64,000 bases of DNA from Bacteriovoracia bacterium (lineage in GTDB: Bacteria > Bdellovibrionota > Bacteriovoracia > Bacteriovoracales > Bacteriovoracaceae). The stretch lies in the NCBI GenBank assembly GCA_046570105.1, contig JBKHVI010000002.1, positions 10,638-74,637 on the forward strand. Reading direction: 5' to 3'. Below, in pieces: positions 19,132-28,497 of the stretch (positions are counted from its first letter, which is position 1; each line of letters starts with the position of its first letter). The notes beneath the pieces were generated by a model. The model was not told the DNA's origin. It did no database searches and was given only the letters and a program-made list of their open reading frames with translations. A program made the translations under genes and the position numbers.

Positions 19132-20525
19132 GTCGCCTCTCCCATGAGTCCGTGGAGATTGGCCATAGAAATACCAGAGAGCATGGCACCGACAATCCCT
19201 AAGAAGCCTTGATCAGTTCCGATAATAAAAAGATTATCCACTGGTGTGCGGCCATCGCGGGTTTTATCAATGGAGCCATAAACTGTGCCATCAAGATGCC
19301 AGGTATAGCGCTCGATGGTGGTAGGAGAAAACACATCGGTAAAACGTAACTCACCATTAAATTGAGGATAGAGCTTTTTCAATAGATCACGCGCGCTCTG
19401 GGCGACTTCTGCTTTCTTTGCTTCATAAGGTGTGCGCTCAAGCTCACGCCACTGAGAATAATTCGCCATATAAGTGATGCGAAGAGTGCCTTCGCCTTGG
19501 CGGTTCGCTATTTCGTAATTATCTGGCAAACACACCACCGCTGATTGAGCATCAAAGTAATTCTCAGCAGGACGATACTTGTATTGATTTGCGTTGTTGT
19601 AGAAAACAATGGTCTCGGGTGTTTCGATCTTACGATCAAACACAAAAATGCTCTCGAGAAAGGTCATCTTCCCCACACGAGGTTTGACCGCAAAAAGATT
19701 ATCCTCCAGGCGCAGAACTGTTTCAGGCAGACCCATGCTAGAGAAAATTTTAGGCGCCATCAGTTCTTCGCCACTATCGAGCTTTACGCCAATCGCTTTT
19801 GACCCATCAGTTAGGATTTTTCCAACTGATGCTTTAAAGCGCAGCTCTCCGCCACACTCGAGATATTTATCGACTAAAAGTTTAATGATACGACGGACGC
19901 CCCCTTCGGGACGAGCAAAGCCTTCAAAGTAAAGTGACTTGAACATAATCACAAACTGCGCGAAATCCATATCTTCTTCCCACGCCGATCCATAGATCAG
20001 CAACGGGCACAGAATCATCTCGAGAAGCATTGGATCAGTGATGATCTCAGCCAATCGCGCGCGGGTTGATTGATAACCAAGTGACAGATCAAGTTCATTG
20101 AACTCACGAACGATGTTCACAAGTTTTGCAAATTCATCTTTTTGATGCGGAAACTGATCAGCGACTTCGCTACTCAACAACTCAAAGTCGTTTGAGAATT
20201 TCAATTGATGATCAGGAAAATGAATCACTGAATGTGTCTGGGGATGAAGTTTAAAATCATCCCATGAGAGACGCAGTTGTTTGAGAAGTTTAGAGAAGGG
20301 TTTGCCCTTCTCACCTTTTTTAATGAAATTGGTGAGGGCATGGAGTCCCACATCAAATTGGCGAATACCGCCCTCTTCAAAATTTCGTCTTTGGTAATAA
20401 GAGTTGAGTCCACCGGGAATGCTGTGCTTTTCAAGCACAACAACGCGCTTACCAAACATGGCAAGACGAATCCCGGCGGCCAAACCTGACATGCCGGCCC
20501 CGATGATAATCGCATCATGGGCCAT
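19128..20525 (-). CDS. Phytoene desaturase (CrtI)-family FAD-dependent oxidoreductase B
   Basis: IIGAGMSG..LEKHSIPGG, FSPTTIERYT..GTVYG. ATGA overlap with oleA. Confidence 0.85.
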   Translation of the reverse strand: MAHDAIIIGAGMSGLAAGIRLAMFGKRVVVLEKHSIPGGLNSYYQRRNFEEGGIRQFDVGLHALTNFIKKGEKGKPFSKLLKQLRLSWDDFKLHPQTHSVIHFPDHQLKFSNDFELLSSEVADQFPHQKDEFAKLVNIVREFNELDLSLGYQSTRARLAEIITDPMLLEMILCPLLIYGSAWEEDMDFAQFVIMFKSLYFEGFARPEGGVRRIIKLLVDKYLECGGELRFKASVGKILTDGSKAIGVKLDSGEELMAPKIFSSMGLPETVLRLEDNLFAVKPRVGKMTFLESIFVFDRKIETPETIVFYNNANQYKYRPAENYFDAQSAVVCLPDNYEIANRQGEGTLRITYMANYSQWRELERTPYEAKKAEVAQSARDLLKKLYPQFNGELRFTDVFSPTTIERYTWHLDGTVYGSIDKTRDGRTPVDNLFIIGTDQGFLGIVGAMLSGISMANLHGLMGEAT

Positions 20526-20530
20526 GTCAG

Positions 20531-20776
20531 TTACTGCATCTTAGGTGTGAGGTAGCTCACGCAAGAGGCCATGGTGGCAAGCTTCGGATAGTCTTCAGCT
20601 GGCACTTCAACCTTGTGGCGCTTACGAAGTTCCATGACGATATCCAAAAAGTCCATTGAATCGAGATCGATTTGCTCGCGCAATGAAACTTCGTCTTTGA
20701 TTCCTGCCAAATCTTCATCTGGAGCGATGTCGCTGATGATATCGAGAACAACTTGGCGTACTTCATCTGTAGTCAT
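20531..20776 (-). CDS. Acyl carrier protein
   Basis: Acidic 81-aa protein with the LDSMDFLDIVMEL phosphopantetheine site. AAGGAG SD before ATG 20776. Confidence 0.92.
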   Translation of the reverse strand: MTTDEVRQVVLDIISDIAPDEDLAGIKDEVSLREQIDLDSMDFLDIVMELRKRHKVEVPAEDYPKLATMASCVSYLTPKMQ

Positions 20777-20786
20777 GAACTTCTCC

Positions 20787-22022
20787 TTAAACGTCAAACT
20801 TCTTAACAATTAAAGCTGAATTGATACCCAACATCCCAAATGAGTTGTTGAGAATAGTTTTTACTTCTTTTTTGATTGGCGTGTGCAGCACTAATCCCGG
20901 AATTTCACAGGCCGGATCAAGCTCTTGCACATTGATACCTGGGTGAACTTGGCCATCCCAAAGCGATGGAATATTACCTGCGAGTTCAAGCGATCCAGCG
21001 GCACCCATCGAGTGGCCGATGTGCCCCTTGGTGAAATTCACCGATGTCTTATTTGATTCTGAAAACGCCACACGTACTGCTTCTGATTCAGAAATATCAC
21101 CGGCGCCTGTGCCTGTGGCATGCATATTTAAAATATCAATATCGGCCGGCTTCATTCCGGCACGACGAAGAGCTAAGTGCATGCACTGCACTTGGCGCTC
21201 AGGATTGGGATTCACAAAATCAGAGGCATCAGAATTGACCGCCCAACCAGCGATCTCAGCAACAATATGAGCTCCACGTTTTTGCGCATCTTCTAAGCGC
21301 TCAAGCACATAAATGCAGCCACCTTCTGAGATGGCAATACCCGTGCGAGACTTGCAAAGTGGACGTGATGATTTGGTGGGATCTTCATGATTAGCAAGCG
21401 CACCTTGAGCAGCAAAAGCGGCGTAGATACCAAAGGTCTGCGGTGATTCGGAAACACCTCCGCAAAGAGCGACATCAACTTCACCTAAAATGAGTTGTTG
21501 AGCACCGGCGATGATGCCGACGTTGCCACCAGCGCAAGCTGCACCCAAAGTATAATGCGGTCCTGTGATGCCCATATTGAGCGTTACTTCACCGGCAGGA
21601 TTATTGGCAACCGTGCGAGGATTGTGGTGTGGTGACCACAACTTCCAGTCGAGATTATTTTGGTGCATCTCGAAGATTTCATTTTCAGTTTCCACGTTGC
21701 CGTGTTCAGTGATGCCTAAGAAAACACCGACGCGAGATTTATCAACATTTTCCCAATCAAGTTTGGCGGAAGCTTTCGCTTCATTCGCACACCAAATAGA
21801 AATACTTCCGGCGCGCGTACCACGACGACGCATTTTTTTATTTTGATATTTGAATTCATCAAATTCACAGAGGCCCGCCACTTGTGAACCCATGTAACGA
21901 ATCTCTGTGTGTTTTAGTCCAGAGACTCCGTTCAACAAGGCTTCTCGAAAACTCTCCAAAGAATTACCATTCGGTGCTGTGAGCCCAATCCCTGTGATAA
22001 CGATTCTTTGCTGCTGTGCCAT
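20787..22022 (-). CDS. fabF: Beta-ketoacyl-ACP synthase (FabF-like, divergent)
   Basis: Cys-His-His triad: GAACAGG, MHATGT, TKGHIGH. C-terminal NNSFG. Confidence 0.85.
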   Translation of the reverse strand: MAQQQRIVITGIGLTAPNGNSLESFREALLNGVSGLKHTEIRYMGSQVAGLCEFDEFKYQNKKMRRRGTRAGSISIWCANEAKASAKLDWENVDKSRVGVFLGITEHGNVETENEIFEMHQNNLDWKLWSPHHNPRTVANNPAGEVTLNMGITGPHYTLGAACAGGNVGIIAGAQQLILGEVDVALCGGVSESPQTFGIYAAFAAQGALANHEDPTKSSRPLCKSRTGIAISEGGCIYVLERLEDAQKRGAHIVAEIAGWAVNSDASDFVNPNPERQVQCMHLALRRAGMKPADIDILNMHATGTGAGDISESEAVRVAFSESNKTSVNFTKGHIGHSMGAAGSLELAGNIPSLWDGQVHPGINVQELDPACEIPGLVLHTPIKKEVKTILNNSFGMLGINSALIVKKFDV

Positions 22023-22132
22023 ATTTTTCCCTTAGTAAGCGAGGAAAATTATTACCTTGCAGCGGAAAAGACGTCTAGTTAACAATTATGCTGAGCTTAG
22101 GGAAATGACATTGCACACAATCGATTTCTCCC

Positions 22133-22141
22133 TGGTATAGT
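22133..22141 (+). promoter_or_regulatory. Extended -10 sigma70-type promoter element for the histone gene
   Basis: TGgTATAGT about 40 nt upstream of ATG 22182, with a GGGAGA SD between. Confidence 0.5.
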
Positions 22142-22181
22142 GAGCGCTTATTTAAACGATTTAGTGAACGGGAGAGACCCC

Positions 22182-22580
22182 ATGGAAAACCTTATCGTCA
22201 TTTCGAAAGTTAAAAAGTTCATCAAAGAGAAGGCAGATTTCAATACTTCTGCTGGCTTCTTTGAACCATTGAACGAGGATGTGGTGAAAAGCTGTCGTGA
22301 CGCTGTGGCGCATGCACAAAAGCTTGGCCGCAAAACTGTTATGGGCAAGGACTTCAACCTCTACGTAGAGGGCAAAGAAAATGAAGAAGCTCTGGTAGTC
22401 ACGAGCAAAGTTAAAAAACTCATCAAGGACGAAGCAGGGCTTTCAACCTCTTCTCAGGCGATCGAGCAATTAACAGTACGAGTTCAGACTATTTGTATGA
22501 AAGCGATTGAAAACGCGAAAGCCGATCGCCGTAAAACAGTTATGGACCGTGATTTCACAGCTCCAACGACTTTGACCTAA
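22182..22580 (+). CDS. Bacterial histone-fold protein, tandem doublet of Bd0055-type domains
   Basis: Two collinear repeats offset by 67 aa, each LxVxSKVKKxIK...RKTVMxxDF, with the histone L2 RKT..D clamp. Confidence 0.85.
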   Translation: MENLIVISKVKKFIKEKADFNTSAGFFEPLNEDVVKSCRDAVAHAQKLGRKTVMGKDFNLYVEGKENEEALVVTSKVKKLIKDEAGLSTSSQAIEQLTVRVQTICMKAIENAKADRRKTVMDRDFTAPTTLT

Positions 22581-22583
22581 ATT

Positions 22584-23972
22584 TCATTCGGGGAGAGCTT
22601 CGGTTCTCCCCGCTCTGATCGCACTCATCAACAAAAAGCTCAAGAGACACACAATCACCGTCACAATGACGGGCGCTTCCCATTCAAAGACAAAATGACC
22701 TAAGAACCAGGTGATAAGGCTTGAGCCCATCGCCACCACCGCCGTGAGTTCATCACCTAATTTTGAGAAGAGCGCAAAACTCACCATCACTAAAATAGTG
22801 GGTCCGCCGAGACTTGAAGCGGTTTCCACTAACTCGGTGACTGAGTCCGAACTAAAAGCGATGAGATAAGCGGCAATTCCGCTGATAAACACTCCGGTGC
22901 GTGCCATGAAGACGCGTTTTTCATCATTAAGTTTCGGATAGCGAGGAAAAATTAAATTATGAGTCGCTAAGGCCGAAATCGCCAAAAGAGTTGAATCCAC
23001 CGTGGAGAGAATCGCTGACACCAGGGCCCCTACGAAAACAATATAAAGAAAAAAGCCTAAATGTTTTTTCGCCAACAAAGGCATGATGGTGTCTGAATCG
23101 GCCAGTTCAGGATGATAGACATGGCCCAAGAGACCAATCCCTACCGGCATGAGCCCCACTAAGAGATAAATAATTCCTGCCCGCCAAGATGAATGAAACG
23201 CCACATGACCTGAGCGCGAGGCCGACATGCGCGAAACTAATTCCTGACTCATCAGAGAGCCTAAGAGTGGAATGAGCCACATCTCCCATCTGGCCGCCCA
23301 ACTCATCTCTTTACTCATGGAAAAAAAATCCAGACTCTTGGGTTTAATTTGTGCGGCGGCCGGGGCGACGCCCCCCATATCCATCACCATCGCCCAAAAT
23401 AAAACGATCAATCCCACAATCAAGGCCGAGCCTTGAATCAGATCGGTATAGGCATCAGCGAGAAGACCACCTGAGATGGTATAGGTAATCACCACCAGTG
23501 CAGCTATGGTCACAGCAACAACCACTCCGTAATCAGTGGTGGCATGAATGATTTGTCCGAAGGCGCGGATTTGAGCGCCCGCCCACACCAGACTCGACGG
23601 AATCATAATGAGAGCGCCTAAGATTTCAGCACGAGCGCCAAAACGGGTGCGAAAGAGATCGGGAATGGTGGTGATTTTTTTATTCCACAGAATTCGCGCG
23701 AAAATAAAACCCATCAAAAAAATGCAAAGGGCATAACCAAAGGGATCAGCATGAGTGCCGCTGATTCCCTCACGATAAACTTTGCCCGAAGTACCAATAC
23801 AGGTTTCAGCTCCAAACCAAGTAGCAAAAATCGAGAAAGTCGCGAGGAATGGCCCCAGAGAGCGGCCTGCAAGGAAGTAGTCGGTATCGTTTTTAATACG
23901 CTTAGAAACGATATGCCCCAAAATAAGCATGCCTAATACGTAAATACTAATGCCGACCAGTTCCCAATTCAT
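22584..23972 (-). CDS. Sodium:solute symporter family transporter
   Basis: DYFLAGRSLG, FATWFGAE, YTISGGLLADAYTDLIQ, SAILSTVDS. About 13 TM helices. Confidence 0.92.
   Translation of the reverse strand: MNWELVGISIYVLGMLILGHIVSKRIKNDTDYFLAGRSLGPFLATFSIFATWFGAETCIGTSGKVYREGISGTHADPFGYALCIFLMGFIFARILWNKKITTIPDLFRTRFGARAEILGALIMIPSSLVWAGAQIRAFGQIIHATTDYGVVVAVTIAALVVITYTISGGLLADAYTDLIQGSALIVGLIVLFWAMVMDMGGVAPAAAQIKPKSLDFFSMSKEMSWAARWEMWLIPLLGSLMSQELVSRMSASRSGHVAFHSSWRAGIIYLLVGLMPVGIGLLGHVYHPELADSDTIMPLLAKKHLGFFLYIVFVGALVSAILSTVDSTLLAISALATHNLIFPRYPKLNDEKRVFMARTGVFISGIAAYLIAFSSDSVTELVETASSLGGPTILVMVSFALFSKLGDELTAVVAMGSSLITWFLGHFVFEWEAPVIVTVIVCLLSFLLMSAIRAGRTEALPE
22589..22612 (+). terminator. Strong UUCG hairpin right after the histone stop, embedded in the 3' end of the convergent gene
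   Basis: CGGGGAGAGC-TTCG-GTTCTCCCCG, a 10-bp stem with one GU pair. No U-tract. Confidence 0.5.
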
Positions 23973-24020
23973 GAACCTATCGCATCAATTTCTTAATCTC
24001 TTGTAAACTAAAAACTCATT

Positions 24021-24545
24021 TCATTTCTGTTTGATCCAAATGAGCCCTCGAAATTGGCCCAACTTAAAACCAATTGCTTGGTCTGTTGGATAAAGCTCAG
24101 AGATTTTAGTCTTGAGCTCACCAGCAAGCACTTCACCATGACAAGTTAGACATTGCGGGCCGACATAAAGTGGCTCGAGATAGGCTTTTTTACCATTGGA
24201 GAAAATGTGGATTTGCGCTTTACTCGGATTCTTCGCATTAGATTTTTGAAACTCGCTTAAATAAGGTGCCATCCAATCCTGAGTCTTGTTTTCTAAATTG
24301 CGAATTTTATGAGAACTACGACCGAATTCATATTTACTCACATCTGCACCGGCCGCCTCTTTCGCAATCGGCTTTACCTGCAAATGACAAAATGAGACTG
24401 CAGCGACTGCCCCCTCACTAGACATTTTCTTAGTTAATTGAGTCACAAGATTCATTTTTAAACGTTTAGCCAGTGACTTTGCCTCTGTTTCAAATTCAGC
24501 GGCATTCACTGAAAACGAGAACAAAACTAAAACGATAAACCTCAT
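24021..24545 (-). CDS. DUF3365/Tll0287-like periplasmic c-type cytochrome
   Basis: Signal peptide, CLTCHG heme motif, RSSHKIRN, YPTDQAIGFKLGQFRG. Confidence 0.8.
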   Translation of the reverse strand: MRFIVLVLFSFSVNAAEFETEAKSLAKRLKMNLVTQLTKKMSSEGAVAAVSFCHLQVKPIAKEAAGADVSKYEFGRSSHKIRNLENKTQDWMAPYLSEFQKSNAKNPSKAQIHIFSNGKKAYLEPLYVGPQCLTCHGEVLAGELKTKISELYPTDQAIGFKLGQFRGLIWIKQK

Positions 24546-24736
24546 ATGCTTCCTTTCTCTAGAACTTCTAGGTCAGTTTATAGTCTACAAGATTGTTTTA
24601 TCATGTAAAAAGCATGTTTATTTTCTCAATGGCAGTCCTTCCCTGCCATGATCCAACTCAGCTTTGTTAGGCTTTGGTCAAGATTTCATTTCCCACCTGC
24701 TGAAATAAGTTAGCTTTGTGATAATTTTCTCGGCAT

Positions 24737-25291
24737 ATGCGCCTCATTCAAATCTTGCTTCTTGTCTGCCTTACCAGCACTGTTTTCGCTAAAGACGAAA
24801 TCTGGTTACGTACCACTGCCACATTTAAATACAAAAAAATTCGCTTTCGTCCTGAGCAACAACACCGCATGACAGTGGATGGAAAGCTGAAGAGTAACGT
24901 TTATCGACTCTCCATGGTCAAAAAATTAAAACCTGTCAGATTGATTGGTGCTATCGGTTCATTTAATCGTTATAAAAAAGATCCTGAGACTCGCTTGAGC
25001 TTTGGTCTCTCCCAAAAATACCATCGCCTGGTTTATGAACAACGTTTTATCGAAGACGAAACTAAGTCCCGCATGCGCTATCGCACGCGCGTAAAGCTGA
25101 TTAAGCATATTGCCGTTTATCAGGAAGTTTTTTACGAGCCCAAGCTCGATCAGCTTAATGAATGGCGCTTAGGCGCTACCATCAGTAAAAACTTTGGTGA
25201 TATCGAAGGTCTTTTTCGCCTCAGTGTCATCATGGAGTCAGAAAAAGAGCCCACCGATGTGCTGCTCTTTGGCCTAAATTATAAGCTATAG
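24737..25291 (+). CDS. Putative outer-membrane beta-barrel (DUF2490-like)
   Basis: Signal peptide, alternating beta-strand pattern, EQRF..RMRYR, terminal LNYKL. Confidence 0.55.
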   Translation: MRLIQILLLVCLTSTVFAKDEIWLRTTATFKYKKIRFRPEQQHRMTVDGKLKSNVYRLSMVKKLKPVRLIGAIGSFNRYKKDPETRLSFGLSQKYHRLVYEQRFIEDETKSRMRYRTRVKLIKHIAVYQEVFYEPKLDQLNEWRLGATISKNFGDIEGLFRLSVIMESEKEPTDVLLFGLNYKL

Positions 25292-25316
25292 AAAAAATCT
25301 CTGATAGACTCTAAGT

Positions 25317-25658
25317 ATGTCTCAAAACAAGTGGCAGTTCGAATTTTTACCAAAAGATAAAGTGCCCTCTCTTTCTTCAGCTTATGGGCTTCTTTTTTTA
25401 TTTGGGCCATTGGGTTTTCATCATTTCTATTTAGATAGAAAGAAAAATGGTTATTGGCTTCTCATTTTAACAGCTATTCAACTTGTTATGCTTCTTACCC
25501 CCTTATTCCCATTTCTGGTAAAATATGGCGTCACTGAAAGATTCTATTACGGCATTTGCCTTATGCTTGCTTTGGCCATCGGCTGTATATTAATTTGGGA
25601 TATCTTCACTTTGCCTTCGGAAATTCGAAAACGAAACGGTATTAATTCTCTTTGGTAA
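25317..25658 (+). CDS. TM2/NINE-domain membrane protein
   Basis: AYGLLFLFGPLGFHHFYL motif and WDIFTLP. Confidence 0.8.
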   Translation: MSQNKWQFEFLPKDKVPSLSSAYGLLFLFGPLGFHHFYLDRKKNGYWLLILTAIQLVMLLTPLFPFLVKYGVTERFYYGICLMLALAIGCILIWDIFTLPSEIRKRNGINSLW

Positions 25659-25852
25659 ACCTCTTGCTCTTCTCATTCTTATCCCCTCTGTGACATATGC
25701 CCATTTCATTTCAAAACAATTTATCTGTTTGAATTAGGCACATATCCAAAGTTGAGAGTATCAGAGCTAATTTGTTTCAATTCAGACAAACACACTTATC
25801 CCAAATCAGTAATCCTATATTGTCTAAGCTAGTCCGTGATAGCGACCATCTG

Positions 25853-26494
25853 ATGAATAAACAAACTGAACTCAATATCTTTAAAGGCCAGCGCGGAGGA
25901 CGCCGTCCCGGTGCAGGCAGAAAACGCAAACATTCACGCGGAGTAGCACATCGAGTACGTGAAAGGGTGCTTCAAAGGCATGCACTTCATGTGAACTTCA
26001 AATACAAGACTTTGATTCGTCATAAACGTGGGCTTCAAATTTTGAAAAGGGCCATTATGAATGCTCGCGAGAAGGGCCTCAAGATAGTTCATTTCTCGAT
26101 GCAGACAAATCACATCCATTTGATCCTAGAGGCACAAGACAACGCCGCACTCACTCGTGGTATGCGATCCTTGACTGTGACTTTTGCTAAGGGAATGGGA
26201 AGAGGACGTATTCAAGTGGCACGTTATCATTTACATGTTTTGAAGCATTTAAGAGAAGCACGTAATGCACTTCATTATGTTCTATTTAATGAGCAGAAAC
26301 ATAGAGGCCTGAAAAAGGCATATATCAATGAGTACTGCTCTCTAGGAGACATTAAAGACCTAAAAAAGCTAGCACATGATGCGAAGATGCTAATTTATCA
26401 AACCGGAATCAAGGCTGGCATCAATCTCGATAGGCCAAAGTGCTGGCTTCTAACTACTCTCCTACCGCCAACCCCTCGCCACGTGGATCACTGA
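25853..26494 (+). mobile_element. IS200/RAYT-like Y1 (HUH) transposase gene without tnpB
   Basis: LHVNFK, FSMQTNHIHLILE (HUH), LHYVLFNE (catalytic Tyr). N-terminal GGRRPGAGRK. Likely start ATG 25853. Confidence 0.75.
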
Positions 26495-28178
26495 CGCCCA
26501 CCCACTGTTTACCCACACGCTGAATGGCCTGAATTTGGCAGCCCAAGACTGGATTAGTGACAGCATGACCTTTTTGTCGAAGCGCCAAAAGAGTGGCATC
26601 TGGCAATGAAGGATTTTCTACACGAAGCTCTTCTGGCTGCCACTGATGATGGATACGAGTCGCGGCGACAGCTTCATACAATGGCAAACGAAACTCTAAA
26701 ACATTCAACATGGTTTGAGCGACACAAGAAATAATTCGTGTGCCTGAAGGAGTACCCAGCGCCAAGAAGGGTTTACCATCTTTTAAAACCAGTGTCGGAC
26801 TCATGCTTGAGAGTGGACGCTTTTTTGGAGCAACGAGATTTTTATCGCCACCGATGGCGCCAAATAAATTCGATGCTCCAACGGCCTGGGCGAAATCATC
26901 CATTTCATTATTCAAAACAATCCCTGTCCCGCGCGCCACCATGCCAGAGCCAAACCAACCATTGATCGTTTGAGTTGAAACCACAATGTTTTCATCGCGA
27001 TCGGCCAGAGAGAAGTGAGTCGTTTCAGTTGGACCATCGGGGATTTTCTTTAGAGGGAAAGTGCTAGAAGGAAGCGCTTTCTCGCCAAAATATTTTTGCA
27101 TATGCGCGGCATACGCCTTTGAGCTTAATTTTTTTGAAGGAATAGGATTGAAATCCGGATCCCCCATATATTTCGCACGATCAGCAAAACTGATTTGCAT
27201 GGCCGTGGCAATTCGATGGATCGATTCAGGATGCTGAGGTCCCCATTGGACTAAGTTTTGTTTTTCTAAAAGATTGAGGATCTGCACCACATGTGTGCCA
27301 CCGGAGCTTGGAGGTGGCATAGAGATGATCTCGTAGTTGTGATATTTGCCACGTACCGCTTGGCGCTCTTTACTGCGATAGCTCTTTAAATCTTCTAAGG
27401 AAATAATGCCCCCGCGAGAGCGTACTGTTTGCACAATACTTTTGGCCACTGTTCCTTCGTAAAATCCTTTAGGTCCTTCTTTGGCAATTTTGCGAAGTGT
27501 TTTTGCCAGATCAGTTTGTTTCAAAAGCTGGCCTTGATAAGGAACAGAGCCGTCTTTTTGAAAGAAAATTTCTTTCGCATCGAGATCGGCTTTAAGTTGC
27601 GGAGATTCTTCTTTAATCGCAGCAATCAAATGCGGATAAACCGGCAGACCTTCTTCGGCCAAACGAATCGCTGGCTGCAGCGTTTTGTCCCACGAGAGTT
27701 TTCCGAAACGTTTATGAATATCCCAAAGGCCACGGACAAGACCAGGCACAGCGACAGCATGAGGACCATAAATTGATTTATCGGGATTGGGAGTGCCATC
27801 TTTGTTTAAGTACATTTTGCTGTGACTACGCAGTGGTGCGACTTCGCGAAAATCAAACACATGAGATTTGCCGGTTTTTTTCTCATAAAAAATCAGAAAA
27901 CCACCGCCGCCAATTCCCGTTGATTGAGGACGTTCAACTGAAATGGCAAATGAGACGGCCACGGCCGCATCAATAATATTTCCACCTTGGCGAAACATTT
28001 CAAAACCGGCCGACGATGAGACCGTGCCTTGAGAAGTGATCATAAAGCCTTGAGACGTGGCCTCATGCTGACTGCGCTTGTGTCCAGGAAGGAGCGAAGC
28101 TGTCCGAAGTGTTTCGTGATGAGTGCCTGAGCAGGCGACTAAAATAAGACTCAAGAGCAATAGTTTAAACTTATGCAC
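26454..28178 (-). CDS. ggt: Gamma-glutamyltransferase (lipoprotein)
   Basis: GGNIIDAAVA, GIGGGGF, ETTHFS nucleophile Thr, LNNEMDDF, PLSSMSP. LVAC lipobox. Confidence 0.95.
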   Translation of the reverse strand: MHKFKLLLLSLILVACSGTHHETLRTASLLPGHKRSQHEATSQGFMITSQGTVSSSAGFEMFRQGGNIIDAAVAVSFAISVERPQSTGIGGGGFLIFYEKKTGKSHVFDFREVAPLRSHSKMYLNKDGTPNPDKSIYGPHAVAVPGLVRGLWDIHKRFGKLSWDKTLQPAIRLAEEGLPVYPHLIAAIKEESPQLKADLDAKEIFFQKDGSVPYQGQLLKQTDLAKTLRKIAKEGPKGFYEGTVAKSIVQTVRSRGGIISLEDLKSYRSKERQAVRGKYHNYEIISMPPPSSGGTHVVQILNLLEKQNLVQWGPQHPESIHRIATAMQISFADRAKYMGDPDFNPIPSKKLSSKAYAAHMQKYFGEKALPSSTFPLKKIPDGPTETTHFSLADRDENIVVSTQTINGWFGSGMVARGTGIVLNNEMDDFAQAVGASNLFGAIGGDKNLVAPKKRPLSSMSPTLVLKDGKPFLALGTPSGTRIISCVAQTMLNVLEFRLPLYEAVAATRIHHQWQPEELRVENPSLPDATLLALRQKGHAVTNPVLGCQIQAIQRVGKQWVGVSDPRGEGLAVGE

Positions 28179-28245
28179 GACAACTCCTTCCCATGTTAGA
28201 ATGAAAGCGTTTCATGTTTGGCATGATTTTGTCTAGGAGCGGCGA

Positions 28246-28497
28246 ATGGAACTGCAAGCAGAGTGGCAAATTGAAGCCACCAGTTTAAAGCGTGATTACA
28301 AATTTAAAAATTTTCGTGAAGCCTTGGCCTTTACTAATGCTATCGGGGCAGTCGCCGAAAATCACAAACATCATCCGGATATCGAATTGGGCTGGGGATA
28401 TGTGCGCTTAAAAATTACCACCCACGACAAGGGCAATCAACTCAGTGAAAAAGATTATAAGTTGGCAAAGGCGATTGATCAGCTCTCACTTGCCTAA
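28246..28497 (+). CDS. phhB: Pterin-4-alpha-carbinolamine dehydratase
   Basis: FKNFREAL, HHPDI, TTHD, LSEKD. Confidence 0.9.
   Translation: MELQAEWQIEATSLKRDYKFKNFREALAFTNAIGAVAENHKHHPDIELGWGYVRLKITTHDKGNQLSEKDYKLAKAIDQLSLA

Noticed and set aside
25726..25788. Imperfect inverted repeat upstream of the Y1 transposase as a REP or IS end
   Set aside because: Only 9/10 bp in AT-rich DNA, with a long loop and no second copy seen.
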